Source: Candidatus Hadarchaeales archaeon (lineage in GTDB: Archaea > Hadarchaeota > Hadarchaeia > Hadarchaeales > Hadarchaeaceae). Taken from it: DNA of 32,000 bases. Every line of letters starts with the position of its first letter. Positions within the stretch are counted from its first letter, which is position 1. The translations under genes and the position numbers were made by a program. Of the stretch, positions 18,017 to 26,759 are shown one piece after another. Where the stretch lies: positions 420,001 through 452,000 of the forward strand of contig JAWBCC010000001.1 of the NCBI GenBank assembly GCA_038823825.1, read 5' to 3'. The notes beneath the pieces are model-generated. The model was not told the origin of the DNA. It made no database searches and worked only from the letters and a program-made list of their open reading frames with translations.

Positions 18017-18605
18017 GACTTTCACCTTTTACCATTGCAGTTGCAATCATATGTGCAAGCCTCACCGGTTCAGGTATCGAACTTCTCACACAACTCATTC
18101 TTACTATCTTTTCAGCTTCTCTGAGATTTATCCCAATCGGTTGAATATAAAGGGGCGGCCCCCTTGCTTTCGGACGCATCTCATAAATTTTGCCCGTTTT
18201 CTTTATCAACTGCCATCTTTCTTTCCAACCTGACAAGTTCTTTAGTGCTGTCCTCATTTCACGCATATTTGGTCTTTTCCTTGAAATTACTATGAACGGA
18301 AGACCTAGCTCATCGGAGGCTCTGTGAACATCCAACACGTTGAAACCCGCAAAAGTTATCCCATCCGTCAAAATTACACGAAGCTGCCCTTTATGACGAC
18401 TTTTGGAAACCATCTCAATCAATTTGTCAGTAACATCCATCCCATCTTTTTCTATCTCTGTTTTGAGCACACCATCAACGGACGTTCCCCCTCGGCAAAC
18501 TACTCCAACAAGTAATACGGCTACGGATGTGCTCGGACCATCATCCACTCCGAGCATCCTTATTTCAGGCTTAACATGAAAAGATGCTTGAGGTTTGGTT
18601 GACAT
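18003..18605 (-). CDS. DUF99 family protein
   Basis: MLGVDDGP, GQLRVILTDGITFAGFNVLDV, IVISRKRPN and the C-terminal IPEPVRLAHMIATAMVKGES are typical of DUF99. Confidence 0.88.
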   Translation of the reverse strand: MSTKPQASFHVKPEIRMLGVDDGPSTSVAVLLVGVVCRGGTSVDGVLKTEIEKDGMDVTDKLIEMVSKSRHKGQLRVILTDGITFAGFNVLDVHRASDELGLPFIVISRKRPNMREMRTALKNLSGWKERWQLIKKTGKIYEMRPKARGPPLYIQPIGINLREAEKIVRMSCVRSSIPEPVRLAHMIATAMVKGESHGGP

Positions 18606-18884
18606 TCACTTTAACGCCTTTTTAAACTTTTCCTCGAACTCGTCTATCTGCCTCTGAATTCTGGCAATCGCGTCCTTTATCGCCTTTTCCGGAGTTTTTC
18701 CCGAGGTTTGTATGTAAAAAGTTATCGTTTTTGTAAGAGGATGATCTTCTCTGTAGGCAGCGAATACAACATCTTCGTCACTGTGAAGCTCGGAGCATAG
18801 AAGATTCATAATAGTGTGGTCCGTCCCCGTTACCTTTAGAACTCTTTTCTTTTCCTCTTTCTCGACTACCTCTACTTCCATCAT
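18606..18884 (-). CDS. rpoL: DNA-directed RNA polymerase subunit L (Rpo11)
   Basis: GTDHTIMNLLCSELHSDEDVVFAAYREDHPLTKTITFYIQTSGKTPEKAIKDAI. Confidence 0.96.
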   Translation of the reverse strand: MMEVEVVEKEEKKRVLKVTGTDHTIMNLLCSELHSDEDVVFAAYREDHPLTKTITFYIQTSGKTPEKAIKDAIARIQRQIDEFEEKFKKALK

Positions 18885-19076
18885 TCATAACCTCCTTGCA
18901 ATCTCTCTAATTTTCCTTATCGTACTTTTAATCTCTTCCTCATCACCATAGATGTAAATATTTACCGCGCATCCTGAGCCTTCTGCGTCCATGTTGGCAC
19001 TTATTTCACCGAGAGCTTCCATAAGCTTCATTAGGGAAGAAGCATTTGATACTTTTATCCGGATTTTTTTCTTCAA
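18885..19076 (-). CDS. Hypothetical protein, 63 aa, between csl4 and rpoL
   Basis: ORF exactly filling the gap and coupled to both neighbours. Predicted beta-alpha-beta-alpha composition (KKKIRIKVSNASSLMKLMEALGEISANMDAEGSGCAVNIYIYGDEEEIKSTIRKIREIARRL). Confidence 0.7.
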   Translation of the reverse strand: MKKKIRIKVSNASSLMKLMEALGEISANMDAEGSGCAVNIYIYGDEEEIKSTIRKIREIARRL

Positions 19077-19657
19077 GGTGTCCCCCGCCTATAGTCCGTA
19101 GAGAGTTTTCTTGTTTCAGTACTTCCGCAAGTCCTGCATTTCAGTTTGTTGTCCTCCTTTTCAAGAGGTTGGCGACATTTGGAACAGAGAGCATATATCA
19201 CACCCAGGGCTCTATCTATCGTTGTGAGGTGAACACATTCTGGCCGGACCTCGATTACTTTTGCTTTTATTATGTCTCCAGCTTTAAACATCGCTCCTAA
19301 ATCACGCACGAATCCGCGCTGAACTTTGGAGATATGAAGAATACCGATTCTCGGAGGTGGGAGCTCCCTATCCTCCTTACCGATCATGTTCATGAGCAGG
19401 ACGGTGGCAAACTGATCTCTTACTTCTTCGACACGCCCTATGACCAAATCTCCCGGTTTTAGAATTGGGAGAGTCTTGGTCCTAGCAAAAACTGAAACTT
19501 TTCTTGTTCGAATATCAAGGAGAACTATTCCAATGGATGAAGAGTAGACTTTTCCTTTTTCTTCATATGTTCCTTCGCCTGGAAGAAATTCCTCGGGCGT
19601 GGCAAGGAAATCGCCCGGAAGCACGAAATCTCCAGTCTTTACTTCAACCATTTTCAA
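19073..19657 (-). CDS. csl4: Exosome complex RNA-binding protein Csl4
   Basis: LPGDFLATPEEFLPGEGTYEEKGKVYSSSIG, S1 domain, and C-terminal zinc ribbon CSKCRQPLEKEDNKLKCRTCGSTETRKLSTDYR. Confidence 0.95.
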   Translation of the reverse strand: MKMVEVKTGDFVLPGDFLATPEEFLPGEGTYEEKGKVYSSSIGIVLLDIRTRKVSVFARTKTLPILKPGDLVIGRVEEVRDQFATVLLMNMIGKEDRELPPPRIGILHISKVQRGFVRDLGAMFKAGDIIKAKVIEVRPECVHLTTIDRALGVIYALCSKCRQPLEKEDNKLKCRTCGSTETRKLSTDYRRGTP

Positions 19658-19671
19658 TCCCCTTCTTTGAT

Positions 19672-20673
19672 TTATTTCAATGCCATTATAAAGTCCTGCT
19701 CTTTAACCTCGTCAAGCTCATATGAAGCCTTTTCTCCTAGGATTATCGAGAGTTCAGATGATGTCAACACGGGGAAGTCGAAAAGTTCCCAATCGTCAAT
19801 CGGTATTCTCGGACAGGCGACAATGACCGCTGCATCTGGGTCAAAATCCGCCAGAGAGTCTGACGAAATTTTATCCACAATCAACAAAGTGGCTTTTCGT
19901 TCATTTCTGAGTAACTTTTCATAAATTTTTTCCGCTAATGCGAATCGAAATTGCCCTGGTTTCGTGGAAACCACAACACACCATTTCCGAGCATCACGAG
20001 CACGCATGATGTATGCCATTCTCTTACGAAGGAACTCTTCTCCACTAATTTCCTCGACCTCAAATGTATGAGGGTTCACACATATAACTGGGCTATTAGA
20101 GATTATCGATGCGCCGAGTGGATGAAATCTGCCAGTTCCGAGATAAAGAAGACGGTCAGGATTGAGAACCGAACGAACACTTTGAAGATCACAGCCAAGA
20201 ATTTGACCATCATACTTCGTCCTCCAGCCGTGTTGTCCGATCATGGGAATTCCACCCAGTCTTCGAATGATTGCCGCAAGATCGGAAAGGTAGTCGATAT
20301 ATTGGACCGTCGTGAAGATAGCAACCTTTTTTCCACAAATATCTCCGATTATTTTTTCCAAGGGTTCTAAATCCAAGTTTTTTACCCTAGCTTCCACGTA
20401 AAGAACCGGGATCTCTGTCCTCAGACCCATGTCTGAATGTCCATAGTGAACTAGAGCGGAGCAACCAGCTTGACACGCCTGCTTATCTGCAAGGTCGCAA
20501 GATCCGAAACAGCTATCAAAAACAATTGGTTTTATTCCTTCTCTGTAATAGACCTCCAGAATCTCGTCGCAATATCTCTTTAAACCAGCAGGAAGTTGAA
20601 TCCCAACACTTTTGTTCTTGTATTGTCGGATGAACTTCACGACTTTTTCTTCTTCGAAATCAAATAACATCAT
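19672..20673 (-). CDS. dph2: Diphthamide synthase subunit Dph2 (radical SAM-like [4Fe-4S] enzyme)
   Basis: DSCFGSCDLADKQACQAGCSALVHYGHSDM, TVQYIDYL, and YLGTGRFHPLG. Confidence 0.95.
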   Translation of the reverse strand: MMLFDFEEEKVVKFIRQYKNKSVGIQLPAGLKRYCDEILEVYYREGIKPIVFDSCFGSCDLADKQACQAGCSALVHYGHSDMGLRTEIPVLYVEARVKNLDLEPLEKIIGDICGKKVAIFTTVQYIDYLSDLAAIIRRLGGIPMIGQHGWRTKYDGQILGCDLQSVRSVLNPDRLLYLGTGRFHPLGASIISNSPVICVNPHTFEVEEISGEEFLRKRMAYIMRARDARKWCVVVSTKPGQFRFALAEKIYEKLLRNERKATLLIVDKISSDSLADFDPDAAVIVACPRIPIDDWELFDFPVLTSSELSIILGEKASYELDEVKEQDFIMALK

Positions 20674-20693
20674 TTAAAGATTAATCTCGGACA

Positions 20694-20703
20694 ACAATTA
20701 ATA
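20694..20703 (-). promoter_or_regulatory. Putative TATA box of the dph2 operon, spacing consistent with a leaderless transcript
   Basis: Minus-strand ccttattaat centred about 26 nt upstream of the dph2 ATG (20673). Confidence 0.4.
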
Positions 20704-20752
20704 AGGATGTAATAGACGAGAATCTCTGCGTTCAATGTGCCCTCTGCACGTT

Positions 20753-20767
20753 CTCGAAATATTCGAG
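20753..20767. repeat. Short perfect inverted repeat CTCGAA-ATA-TTCGAG
   Basis: 6-bp arms with a 3-nt spacer in the non-coding gap upstream of dph2 and downstream of the Mer-like gene. Confidence 0.5.
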
Positions 20768-20834
20768 TATCCGAAGCTAGTTGGAGGATGCTATAAAGCT
20801 TATCCAGGGAAAGAAAACTAAGCGTACAATGATG

Positions 20835-21806
20835 TCACAATAGACGACTGGAGATCTGTTTCAAAACAGCTGGTTTATTTCTTCCGATTGGAGAACCAAC
20901 AACCACTGTTGTTATTCCGAGCTTTCTTAGAGCTTCGATTCTTTCTTCCAAAACCTTTAGCGGTCCTGTAACACTGAACGCTTCGATCATCTCAGGGGTT
21001 ACCTCCTCGCGGGCTTTTTCTATACTTCCAGCCAAAATTCTTCTCCTAACTTTCTCGACATCTTTCTCGTTTATTCCGTGTCTCTCCAAAGAACTTTTTG
21101 GAGCAGATGATGCGATGAATGAGACAACTCCTCTGACCAACTTTCTAGCTACCTCTGGATCATCGTCTATGGATACGGCCATATAGGCCACAAAGTCAAA
21201 ATTCTTTTTCTTGACTCTCATCCCATCTCTAACGAAACTTAACGATTCGCGTATATCTTCTGGATGTGAAGCATTTATCAACACACCATCTCCCAAGCGC
21301 CCGGCAAGTTTGAGCATTTTCTCCCTTCTACCACCAACGTAAATTGGAATATGACCTCCCGGATCGAATCGCAACCTTGCTCCCTGACACTTGAAAATTT
21401 CCCCATTGAAAAATATGGTACGGCCGGAAAGCAGACCTCTAATGATTTTGATTGCTTCTTCCACGGCTCTCACCGGTTTCTCTTGCTTTAATCCCACTGT
21501 TTGGAGGAATAACGGGTCTCCAGCGGATATTCCAAGTATGGCTCTGCCTGCAGAGATCTCATTTAACGTCGCTATCGCCGTTGCTGTGATCGCTGGGTGC
21601 GCAGTATAAGGATTCGTGACACCTGGCCCAAGAGAAATCTTTGACGTGCTAAGAGCCAACCTCGTCAAAACTGTGTGGACATAGCGATTATGGTAGTGGT
21701 CACATATCCAAATCTGGCTAAAACGAAGGCGTTCGACAAGTTTTGCAAGAGAAACCATTTTGTCTATTTCTATGTATGGAACAAACTCAACCCCCAGCCG
21801 CATCAC
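20835..21806 (-). CDS. F420-dependent 5,10-methylenetetrahydromethanopterin reductase-like (Mer/LLM superfamily)
   Basis: MMRLGVEFVPYIEIDKM, WICDHYHNR, ISLGPGVTNPYTAHPAITATAIATLNEISAGRAILGISAGD, and IYVGGRREKMLKLAGRLGDGVLIN. Confidence 0.82.
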   Translation of the reverse strand: MMRLGVEFVPYIEIDKMVSLAKLVERLRFSQIWICDHYHNRYVHTVLTRLALSTSKISLGPGVTNPYTAHPAITATAIATLNEISAGRAILGISAGDPLFLQTVGLKQEKPVRAVEEAIKIIRGLLSGRTIFFNGEIFKCQGARLRFDPGGHIPIYVGGRREKMLKLAGRLGDGVLINASHPEDIRESLSFVRDGMRVKKKNFDFVAYMAVSIDDDPEVARKLVRGVVSFIASSAPKSSLERHGINEKDVEKVRRRILAGSIEKAREEVTPEMIEAFSVTGPLKVLEERIEALRKLGITTVVVGSPIGRNKPAVLKQISSRLL

Positions 21807-21853
21807 TTTTCTTTAATCTCTGATATAATAAAATACAATGTGTGGGGATTGAA

Positions 21854-22597
21854 ATGGAATTTCTACCACTTCGAAATTTCCCAATTGTAAAACCCGGAGA
21901 CAACCTCCCCAAGCTCATCGTAGAAACCGTGGGAAAAAACAATGTTTCGCTTGAGGAGGGAGACATAATCGTTGTATGTCAGAGCATAGTTTCTAAGAGC
22001 GAAGGAAGAATCGTTAACCTAGAGAAAGTTAAACCAAGTCGATTGAGTGTGGCATTAGCAAAGAAGCTCGGAAAAGATCCTAGAGAAGTTGAGGTAATTT
22101 TATCTGAATCTTCTGAAATCATCAAGATTGCACACGTCATAATTTCCCGAACGAAACATGGCTTTGTCTGTGCCAATGCCGGAGTTGATCGATCAAATGC
22201 TCCACCAAACTGCGTGACGCTTCTGCCGGAAAATCCAGACGAGTCTGCGAAAAAAATACGTGATTTCATAAGGAAAAAACTCGGCGTTAATGTCGGAGTA
22301 ATAATCACGGATACGCAGGGGAGAGCTTTTAGACTCGGATGCGTAGGCGTCGCCATTGGCGTTGCTGGCGTTAAGGTGTTAGATGACCTCAGAGGAAAAA
22401 AAGACATTTATGGTAAAAAACTTGTTTCAACAATCACGAGCCCTGCAGACGCAATAGCTGCAGCCGCTGTGTTGATGATGGGTGAAGCCGATGAGAAAAC
22501 CCCCGTCGTAATAGTTCGCAATGCCCCACAATCTGTGTTCGGAGAGAGCAAATGCATCGAGCTTGTGAGACCAAAAGAGAAGGATCTTTTTGTATAA
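21854..22597 (+). CDS. cofE: Coenzyme F420-0:L-glutamate ligase
   Basis: DIIVVCQSIVSKSEGRIVNL, SRTKHGFVCANAGVDRSNAPPN, VIITDTQGRAFRLGCVGVAIG. Start at ATG 21854 or GTG 21842. Confidence 0.95.
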   Translation: MEFLPLRNFPIVKPGDNLPKLIVETVGKNNVSLEEGDIIVVCQSIVSKSEGRIVNLEKVKPSRLSVALAKKLGKDPREVEVILSESSEIIKIAHVIISRTKHGFVCANAGVDRSNAPPNCVTLLPENPDESAKKIRDFIRKKLGVNVGVIITDTQGRAFRLGCVGVAIGVAGVKVLDDLRGKKDIYGKKLVSTITSPADAIAAAAVLMMGEADEKTPVVIVRNAPQSVFGESKCIELVRPKEKDLFV

Positions 22598-22607
22598 GGT
22601 GTGATGG

Positions 22608-23543
22608 ATGATAACCGTTCTTTCCGGGGGAACCGGAACGCCAAAACTCATTCAAGGTTTAACCAAAATTGTAGATCAACGTAATCTGAGGATAATAGTG
22701 AACACAGCCGAAGATACTGAGATTTCTGGATTGTATGTTTCACCAGATATTGATACGGTTGTTTACACTCTGGCCGGAATTGTCAACGAAGAAACATGGT
22801 ATGGGATATCTGGAGACACATTTAGCTGCTATGAAATGTTGAAAGTTTTGGGAGAAAAAGAGTTGTTGAGAATCGGTGATAAAGATAGAGCTGTCAAACT
22901 TTACCGAACCTTAAAAATGCGGGAAGGATGGAGTCTATCAAGAATAACCGGAGAAATCTGCAGAACTCTTGGAGTTAAGGCAATAGTTTTGCCTATGAGT
23001 GATGATCGCGTTAGAACAGTCATTCACACGGAGGAGGGCGATTTGAGTTTCCACGAGTTCTGGGTCGCGAGAAGAGCAAATGTAAACGTAAAAAATGTAA
23101 CTTTTGAGAATTTGGAAAATGCTCGACCCGCGCCTGGAGTTCTGGAGGCCATTGATGAAAGTTCGCTAGTGATCATCGGACCTAGCAATCCGGTGACCAG
23201 TATCGGACCTATCATCGGAGTTCGAGAAATAGGAAAGAAATTGATGAAGAATAGAGAGAAGGTAGTGGCCGTTAGTCCCATCATAGGTAATGCTCCAGTC
23301 AGTGGCCCCGCAGGGATCTTGATGAAAGCCTTAAAATATGAAGTAAACCCAGTTGGTGTTGCAAAGATTTACAGACAATTTATAAAGACTATTTTTGTGG
23401 ATAAAAGTGATCATTATCTCGCTCCTGAAATTGAGCGGCTCGGCATTTCTGTGGAGAGTGCCGACCTCTTTCTACCCGATATTGAATCCAGAGAGAGACT
23501 CGCAAGAAAAATTTTGGAATATCTAAACGAACGATCATCCTAA
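22608..23543 (+). CDS. cofD: 2-phospho-L-lactate transferase (F420 biosynthesis)
   Basis: MITVLSGGTGTPKLIQGL, ISGLYVSPDIDTVVYTLAGI, and GPSNPVTSIGPII. Confidence 0.95.
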   Translation: MITVLSGGTGTPKLIQGLTKIVDQRNLRIIVNTAEDTEISGLYVSPDIDTVVYTLAGIVNEETWYGISGDTFSCYEMLKVLGEKELLRIGDKDRAVKLYRTLKMREGWSLSRITGEICRTLGVKAIVLPMSDDRVRTVIHTEEGDLSFHEFWVARRANVNVKNVTFENLENARPAPGVLEAIDESSLVIIGPSNPVTSIGPIIGVREIGKKLMKNREKVVAVSPIIGNAPVSGPAGILMKALKYEVNPVGVAKIYRQFIKTIFVDKSDHYLAPEIERLGISVESADLFLPDIESRERLARKILEYLNERSS

Positions 23544-23589
23544 CCTACTGAAAGTTATTTATGGTCGTAGAGAGTATATTGGTGGAGTA

Positions 23590-24411
23590 GTGCAGAAAGT
23601 TGCTGATCTTCACATTCATACTATTGCCTCTGATGGTAGCTACAGACCTGAAGAAGCTGTAAAAATCGCCAAGAAAATGAAGATTTCTGCGATAGCGATC
23701 TGCGATCACGATTCTGTGGACGGAATTGAACCGGCATTAGAAGCTGGAAAACTTTATCGGGTTAAGGTCATACCGGCTGTCGAGATGTGTTATGAAGAAG
23801 GTCCAACTGGAGCTCACATCGTTGGTTATTTTATTGATTGGCGAAATGCCACTTTGAAAGAAGCGTTACGCGAAATTCAGCAGGGGCGATTCAGAAGAAT
23901 AAGAGATATTGTTGATAGATTATCCGAAATCGGAATCGAAATAACACTCGCAGACGTTTTGGCAGAAGCGGCAGAAGGAAGTGTGCTAACGAGACCTCAT
24001 GTGGCAAGAGCCATGGTTAAGCGCGGATACGTGAAATCTGAATCAGAGGCATTTGAAAAATATTTGATCTATGGACGCCCGGCCTATGTCAACCGTTACC
24101 AACTCCCCCTTGGAGAAATCATGCGGTTGATAAGGAATTCCGGAGGAGTTCCCGTGCTTGCTCATCCAAAATATCAGGACGCCATAAAGTTTGTACCTTA
24201 CCTTGTAGAACTTGGTCTCAAAGGGATCGAAGTTTACCACCCAGATCACACACCAAAAGAAGTAGCAAGATTCAAGAAAATTGCCAAAAAATACGGATTG
24301 ATCGAGATAGGCGGTTCTGATGCTCACGGGGCTGAAAGACCCATAGGAACCGTAACAGTTCCGTACGAAATTGTAGAAAGATTGGAGAAAGCCAGACCTG
24401 AGATGATTTAA
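23590..24411 (+). CDS. PHP-domain phosphoesterase (TrpH/YciV/RNase AM-like)
   Basis: ADLHIHTIASDGSYRPEEAVKIAKK, AICDHDSVDG, PAVEM, TRPHVARAMVKRGYV, and GSDAHG. GTG start with an SD-like ggtgg. Confidence 0.9.
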   Translation: MQKVADLHIHTIASDGSYRPEEAVKIAKKMKISAIAICDHDSVDGIEPALEAGKLYRVKVIPAVEMCYEEGPTGAHIVGYFIDWRNATLKEALREIQQGRFRRIRDIVDRLSEIGIEITLADVLAEAAEGSVLTRPHVARAMVKRGYVKSESEAFEKYLIYGRPAYVNRYQLPLGEIMRLIRNSGGVPVLAHPKYQDAIKFVPYLVELGLKGIEVYHPDHTPKEVARFKKIAKKYGLIEIGGSDAHGAERPIGTVTVPYEIVERLEKARPEMI

Positions 24412-24416
24412 AGGAG

Positions 24417-25721
24417 TCAAACTGGTTTCATTTTGCCCCACTTTTCGAGAGCTTTTTTCAATTCGATGTGTTTTTCTGCCTGCTCTTCTAGCGGAATGTT
24501 CTGTTTGTATGCTTCTATGGCCTGTATCACCGCCATTGCCCCTGCGCGAACTCCCATCGGATGTCCAAATGTTCCTCCTCCAACCTGAACGACGATATCC
24601 GTGGTTCCATAGAGATTGAAAATCTCCGGCAAGATTCCAGGATGAAGCCCGCCGGACGCCACTGGAAGCATTGGCTTTATCTTCCCCCATGACTGCGAAA
24701 GTCGGAAGCCTGGTATCTCATTCACCTCACGCTTTACGATTGCGTCCCTGATGGCTAAGACTTCTTCCCTCTCTCCAGCGAGTTTTCCGATAACCGTGCC
24801 GATGTGGAGCTGATCCACGCCTGCTAAACGCATGAGTTTCGCCAGAACCAGCATCGACATCCCGTGCTTGGGATTGCGCGTAAACATTGCATGCATCGCC
24901 CTATGTCCGTGAATTGCCATGCGATAATCACGCGCGAGTTCGGTGGCTGTCTGCACCGCCGTGAATCCACTCACAACAACATCGATCATAAAATATCGGA
25001 AACCATTGTCGTGAACAAGTTTTATCCTTCTTTCTAGTTCCCAAAGGTCTGGAGCCGTCACATTAATGAATGCGTCCTTCACCTCACCCGTTTCTCTTTC
25101 CGCTCTATCTCTCTGCTTCGCTAGAAGAGTCACGCGTTTCTCGAATCTGTTGAATCTTTGACTTGTCAAATTTTCGTCGTCCTTCACACAGTCGATCCCG
25201 CCAACCCAAAGTTCATAAGCCATTTTGGCGTGTTCCGACGCGCTGAAGCCAACCTTTGGTTTCGGAACCACGGCGGTTATCGGACCAGACTCTCGCCTGA
25301 ATATCTTTTTTATAGCATCAATGCCATAAAGTGGACCGCTGAAATCTTTCAGATATTCGCTTGGAAATTGTATGTCGATCAATCTTAGATTTTTGAGAGC
25401 CTTCATACCATAGATGTTGCCACCAACTGCACTCATCAGCCCTGCGATTGATCCGTGCTCAAAGCTGTCCATTGGATAAGCGATTTTGACAAGGTTCTCC
25501 CTATACCAGAAGGCAACGGCTTTGGGTAGACTTTTTGGAAGGACTGTTAACGTTGTCCAAGTTCCGCAGGAGCTCTCTGAGGCGATTCTTCCGATAGCCT
25601 CCTCTGCCGATATCCCATTTGCCGGTTCATAATAGAAAAGCGCCACTACGTCGCTTGATTTGGGTTTATATTTCTTATCAACAAACTCTAGATACCATTC
25701 GACCTTCATCTCATCATCCAC
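24417..25721 (-). CDS. rbcL: Ribulose-1,5-bisphosphate carboxylase/oxygenase large subunit, archaeal form III-like
   Basis: ELWVGGIDCVKDDENLTSQ (carbamylated Lys motif), AVVPKPKVGFS, GHRAMHAMFTRNPKHGMS, LHIGTVIGKLAG, LPVASGGLHPG, and VVQVGGGTFGHPMGVRAGAMA. Confidence 0.94.
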   Translation of the reverse strand: MDDEMKVEWYLEFVDKKYKPKSSDVVALFYYEPANGISAEEAIGRIASESSCGTWTTLTVLPKSLPKAVAFWYRENLVKIAYPMDSFEHGSIAGLMSAVGGNIYGMKALKNLRLIDIQFPSEYLKDFSGPLYGIDAIKKIFRRESGPITAVVPKPKVGFSASEHAKMAYELWVGGIDCVKDDENLTSQRFNRFEKRVTLLAKQRDRAERETGEVKDAFINVTAPDLWELERRIKLVHDNGFRYFMIDVVVSGFTAVQTATELARDYRMAIHGHRAMHAMFTRNPKHGMSMLVLAKLMRLAGVDQLHIGTVIGKLAGEREEVLAIRDAIVKREVNEIPGFRLSQSWGKIKPMLPVASGGLHPGILPEIFNLYGTTDIVVQVGGGTFGHPMGVRAGAMAVIQAIEAYKQNIPLEEQAEKHIELKKALEKWGKMKPV

Positions 25722-25766
25722 TACTTTACTGTTTTTTCATATATTAAGCCAACAAACACCGTTGTC

Positions 25767-26753
25767 TCACTTTTTCCATTCCCTTGGATATGTTCCTGGT
25801 TGCATTACCACCCTTTCCGGCTTAGCTACTATTCCATATTCCGCTTCAAGGATCTGCTCAGTATTCATGACCGCCCTCGCAAGTTCAACTAATTCTCCTT
25901 TTAACGTCATTATGGCTACAAGAGAGCCGATAGCTATATCTGAATCAACAGCAACTACGCCAGGAGCCGCTAAGCTTGCACCATGACACAAAGCATCGAC
26001 AGCACCATCTCTTACCACTATTTTTGGAAGATGTTCGACAGCAGTTTCAACTGGCAGTATTACTTTTCTCAGCTCCTCTTCGTCTCCATTTTCTTTCCAA
26101 AATGCATAAGCATCAGCAAGGTCCTGCAGCTTCACAGAATTTTCTTCCTTAAAAGGTCCAGTTTTTGTTCTCCTCAGCTCCTGCATATGTGCACCACATC
26201 CAAGGGCTTCTCCGATATCATGGCAGAGTTTCCTCATGTATGTTCCGGCTTCGCAACCAACCTTCATCAGAACATTTTTGCCCTCAATTTCTATCGGTTC
26301 GATGTAGTAGATCTGCCTTTTTCTAATTCTTCTTTTCACGGCTGCTCTTACGGGAGGCCTCTGAAAGATTTCTCCGGTGAACTCTTTGAGAACTTCCAGA
26401 AGTCTGTCCTCTGGAACATCTTTGTGAAGAACCATCAAACAAACATACTCTTTACCCGCTGGTTGTAATGCCATAATTACTTTCGTTGCATCTTCGATCG
26501 CGATCGGAAGAACTCCGCTGACTCCCGGATCAAGTGTACCACCGTGGCCCGTCTTCTTGACATTCAGAATTTCTTTGACCCAAGCTGAGACTTCGTGAGA
26601 AGTTGGTCCGCGTGGCTTGTCTAGGTTTATAATACCTAGTCTGATAAGCTCTGAAATAGGTCTTCTGTCTGGCCTACAACCATATTTCGGATCAGACACG
26701 TCCTGAAACTTGAAGAAAGTTTGTCTCTTTACCTCTGAAGGCAAGACACCCAA
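25767..26753 (-). CDS. cbf5: tRNA/rRNA pseudouridine synthase Cbf5 (H/ACA RNP catalytic subunit)
   Basis: GIINLDKPRGPTSHEV, KTGHGGTLDPGVSGVLPI, and a C-terminal PUA domain. Confidence 0.96.
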   Translation of the reverse strand: MGVLPSEVKRQTFFKFQDVSDPKYGCRPDRRPISELIRLGIINLDKPRGPTSHEVSAWVKEILNVKKTGHGGTLDPGVSGVLPIAIEDATKVIMALQPAGKEYVCLMVLHKDVPEDRLLEVLKEFTGEIFQRPPVRAAVKRRIRKRQIYYIEPIEIEGKNVLMKVGCEAGTYMRKLCHDIGEALGCGAHMQELRRTKTGPFKEENSVKLQDLADAYAFWKENGDEEELRKVILPVETAVEHLPKIVVRDGAVDALCHGASLAAPGVVAVDSDIAIGSLVAIMTLKGELVELARAVMNTEQILEAEYGIVAKPERVVMQPGTYPREWKK

Positions 26754-26759
26754 AAAATT

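Noticed and set aside
24043-24690. 215-aa minus-strand ORF antisense to the PHP gene and extending into the RuBisCO 3' end
   Set aside because: Low-complexity Arg/Ser-rich translation overlapping two strongly supported genes. Typical shadow ORF.
25734-25750. TATA-like ttaatatatga upstream of RuBisCO as a firm promoter call
   Set aside because: Only ~20 nt from the annotated ATG and in a tight gap to cbf5. It could be leaderless with a start at the internal Met, but support is too weak to list as a feature.
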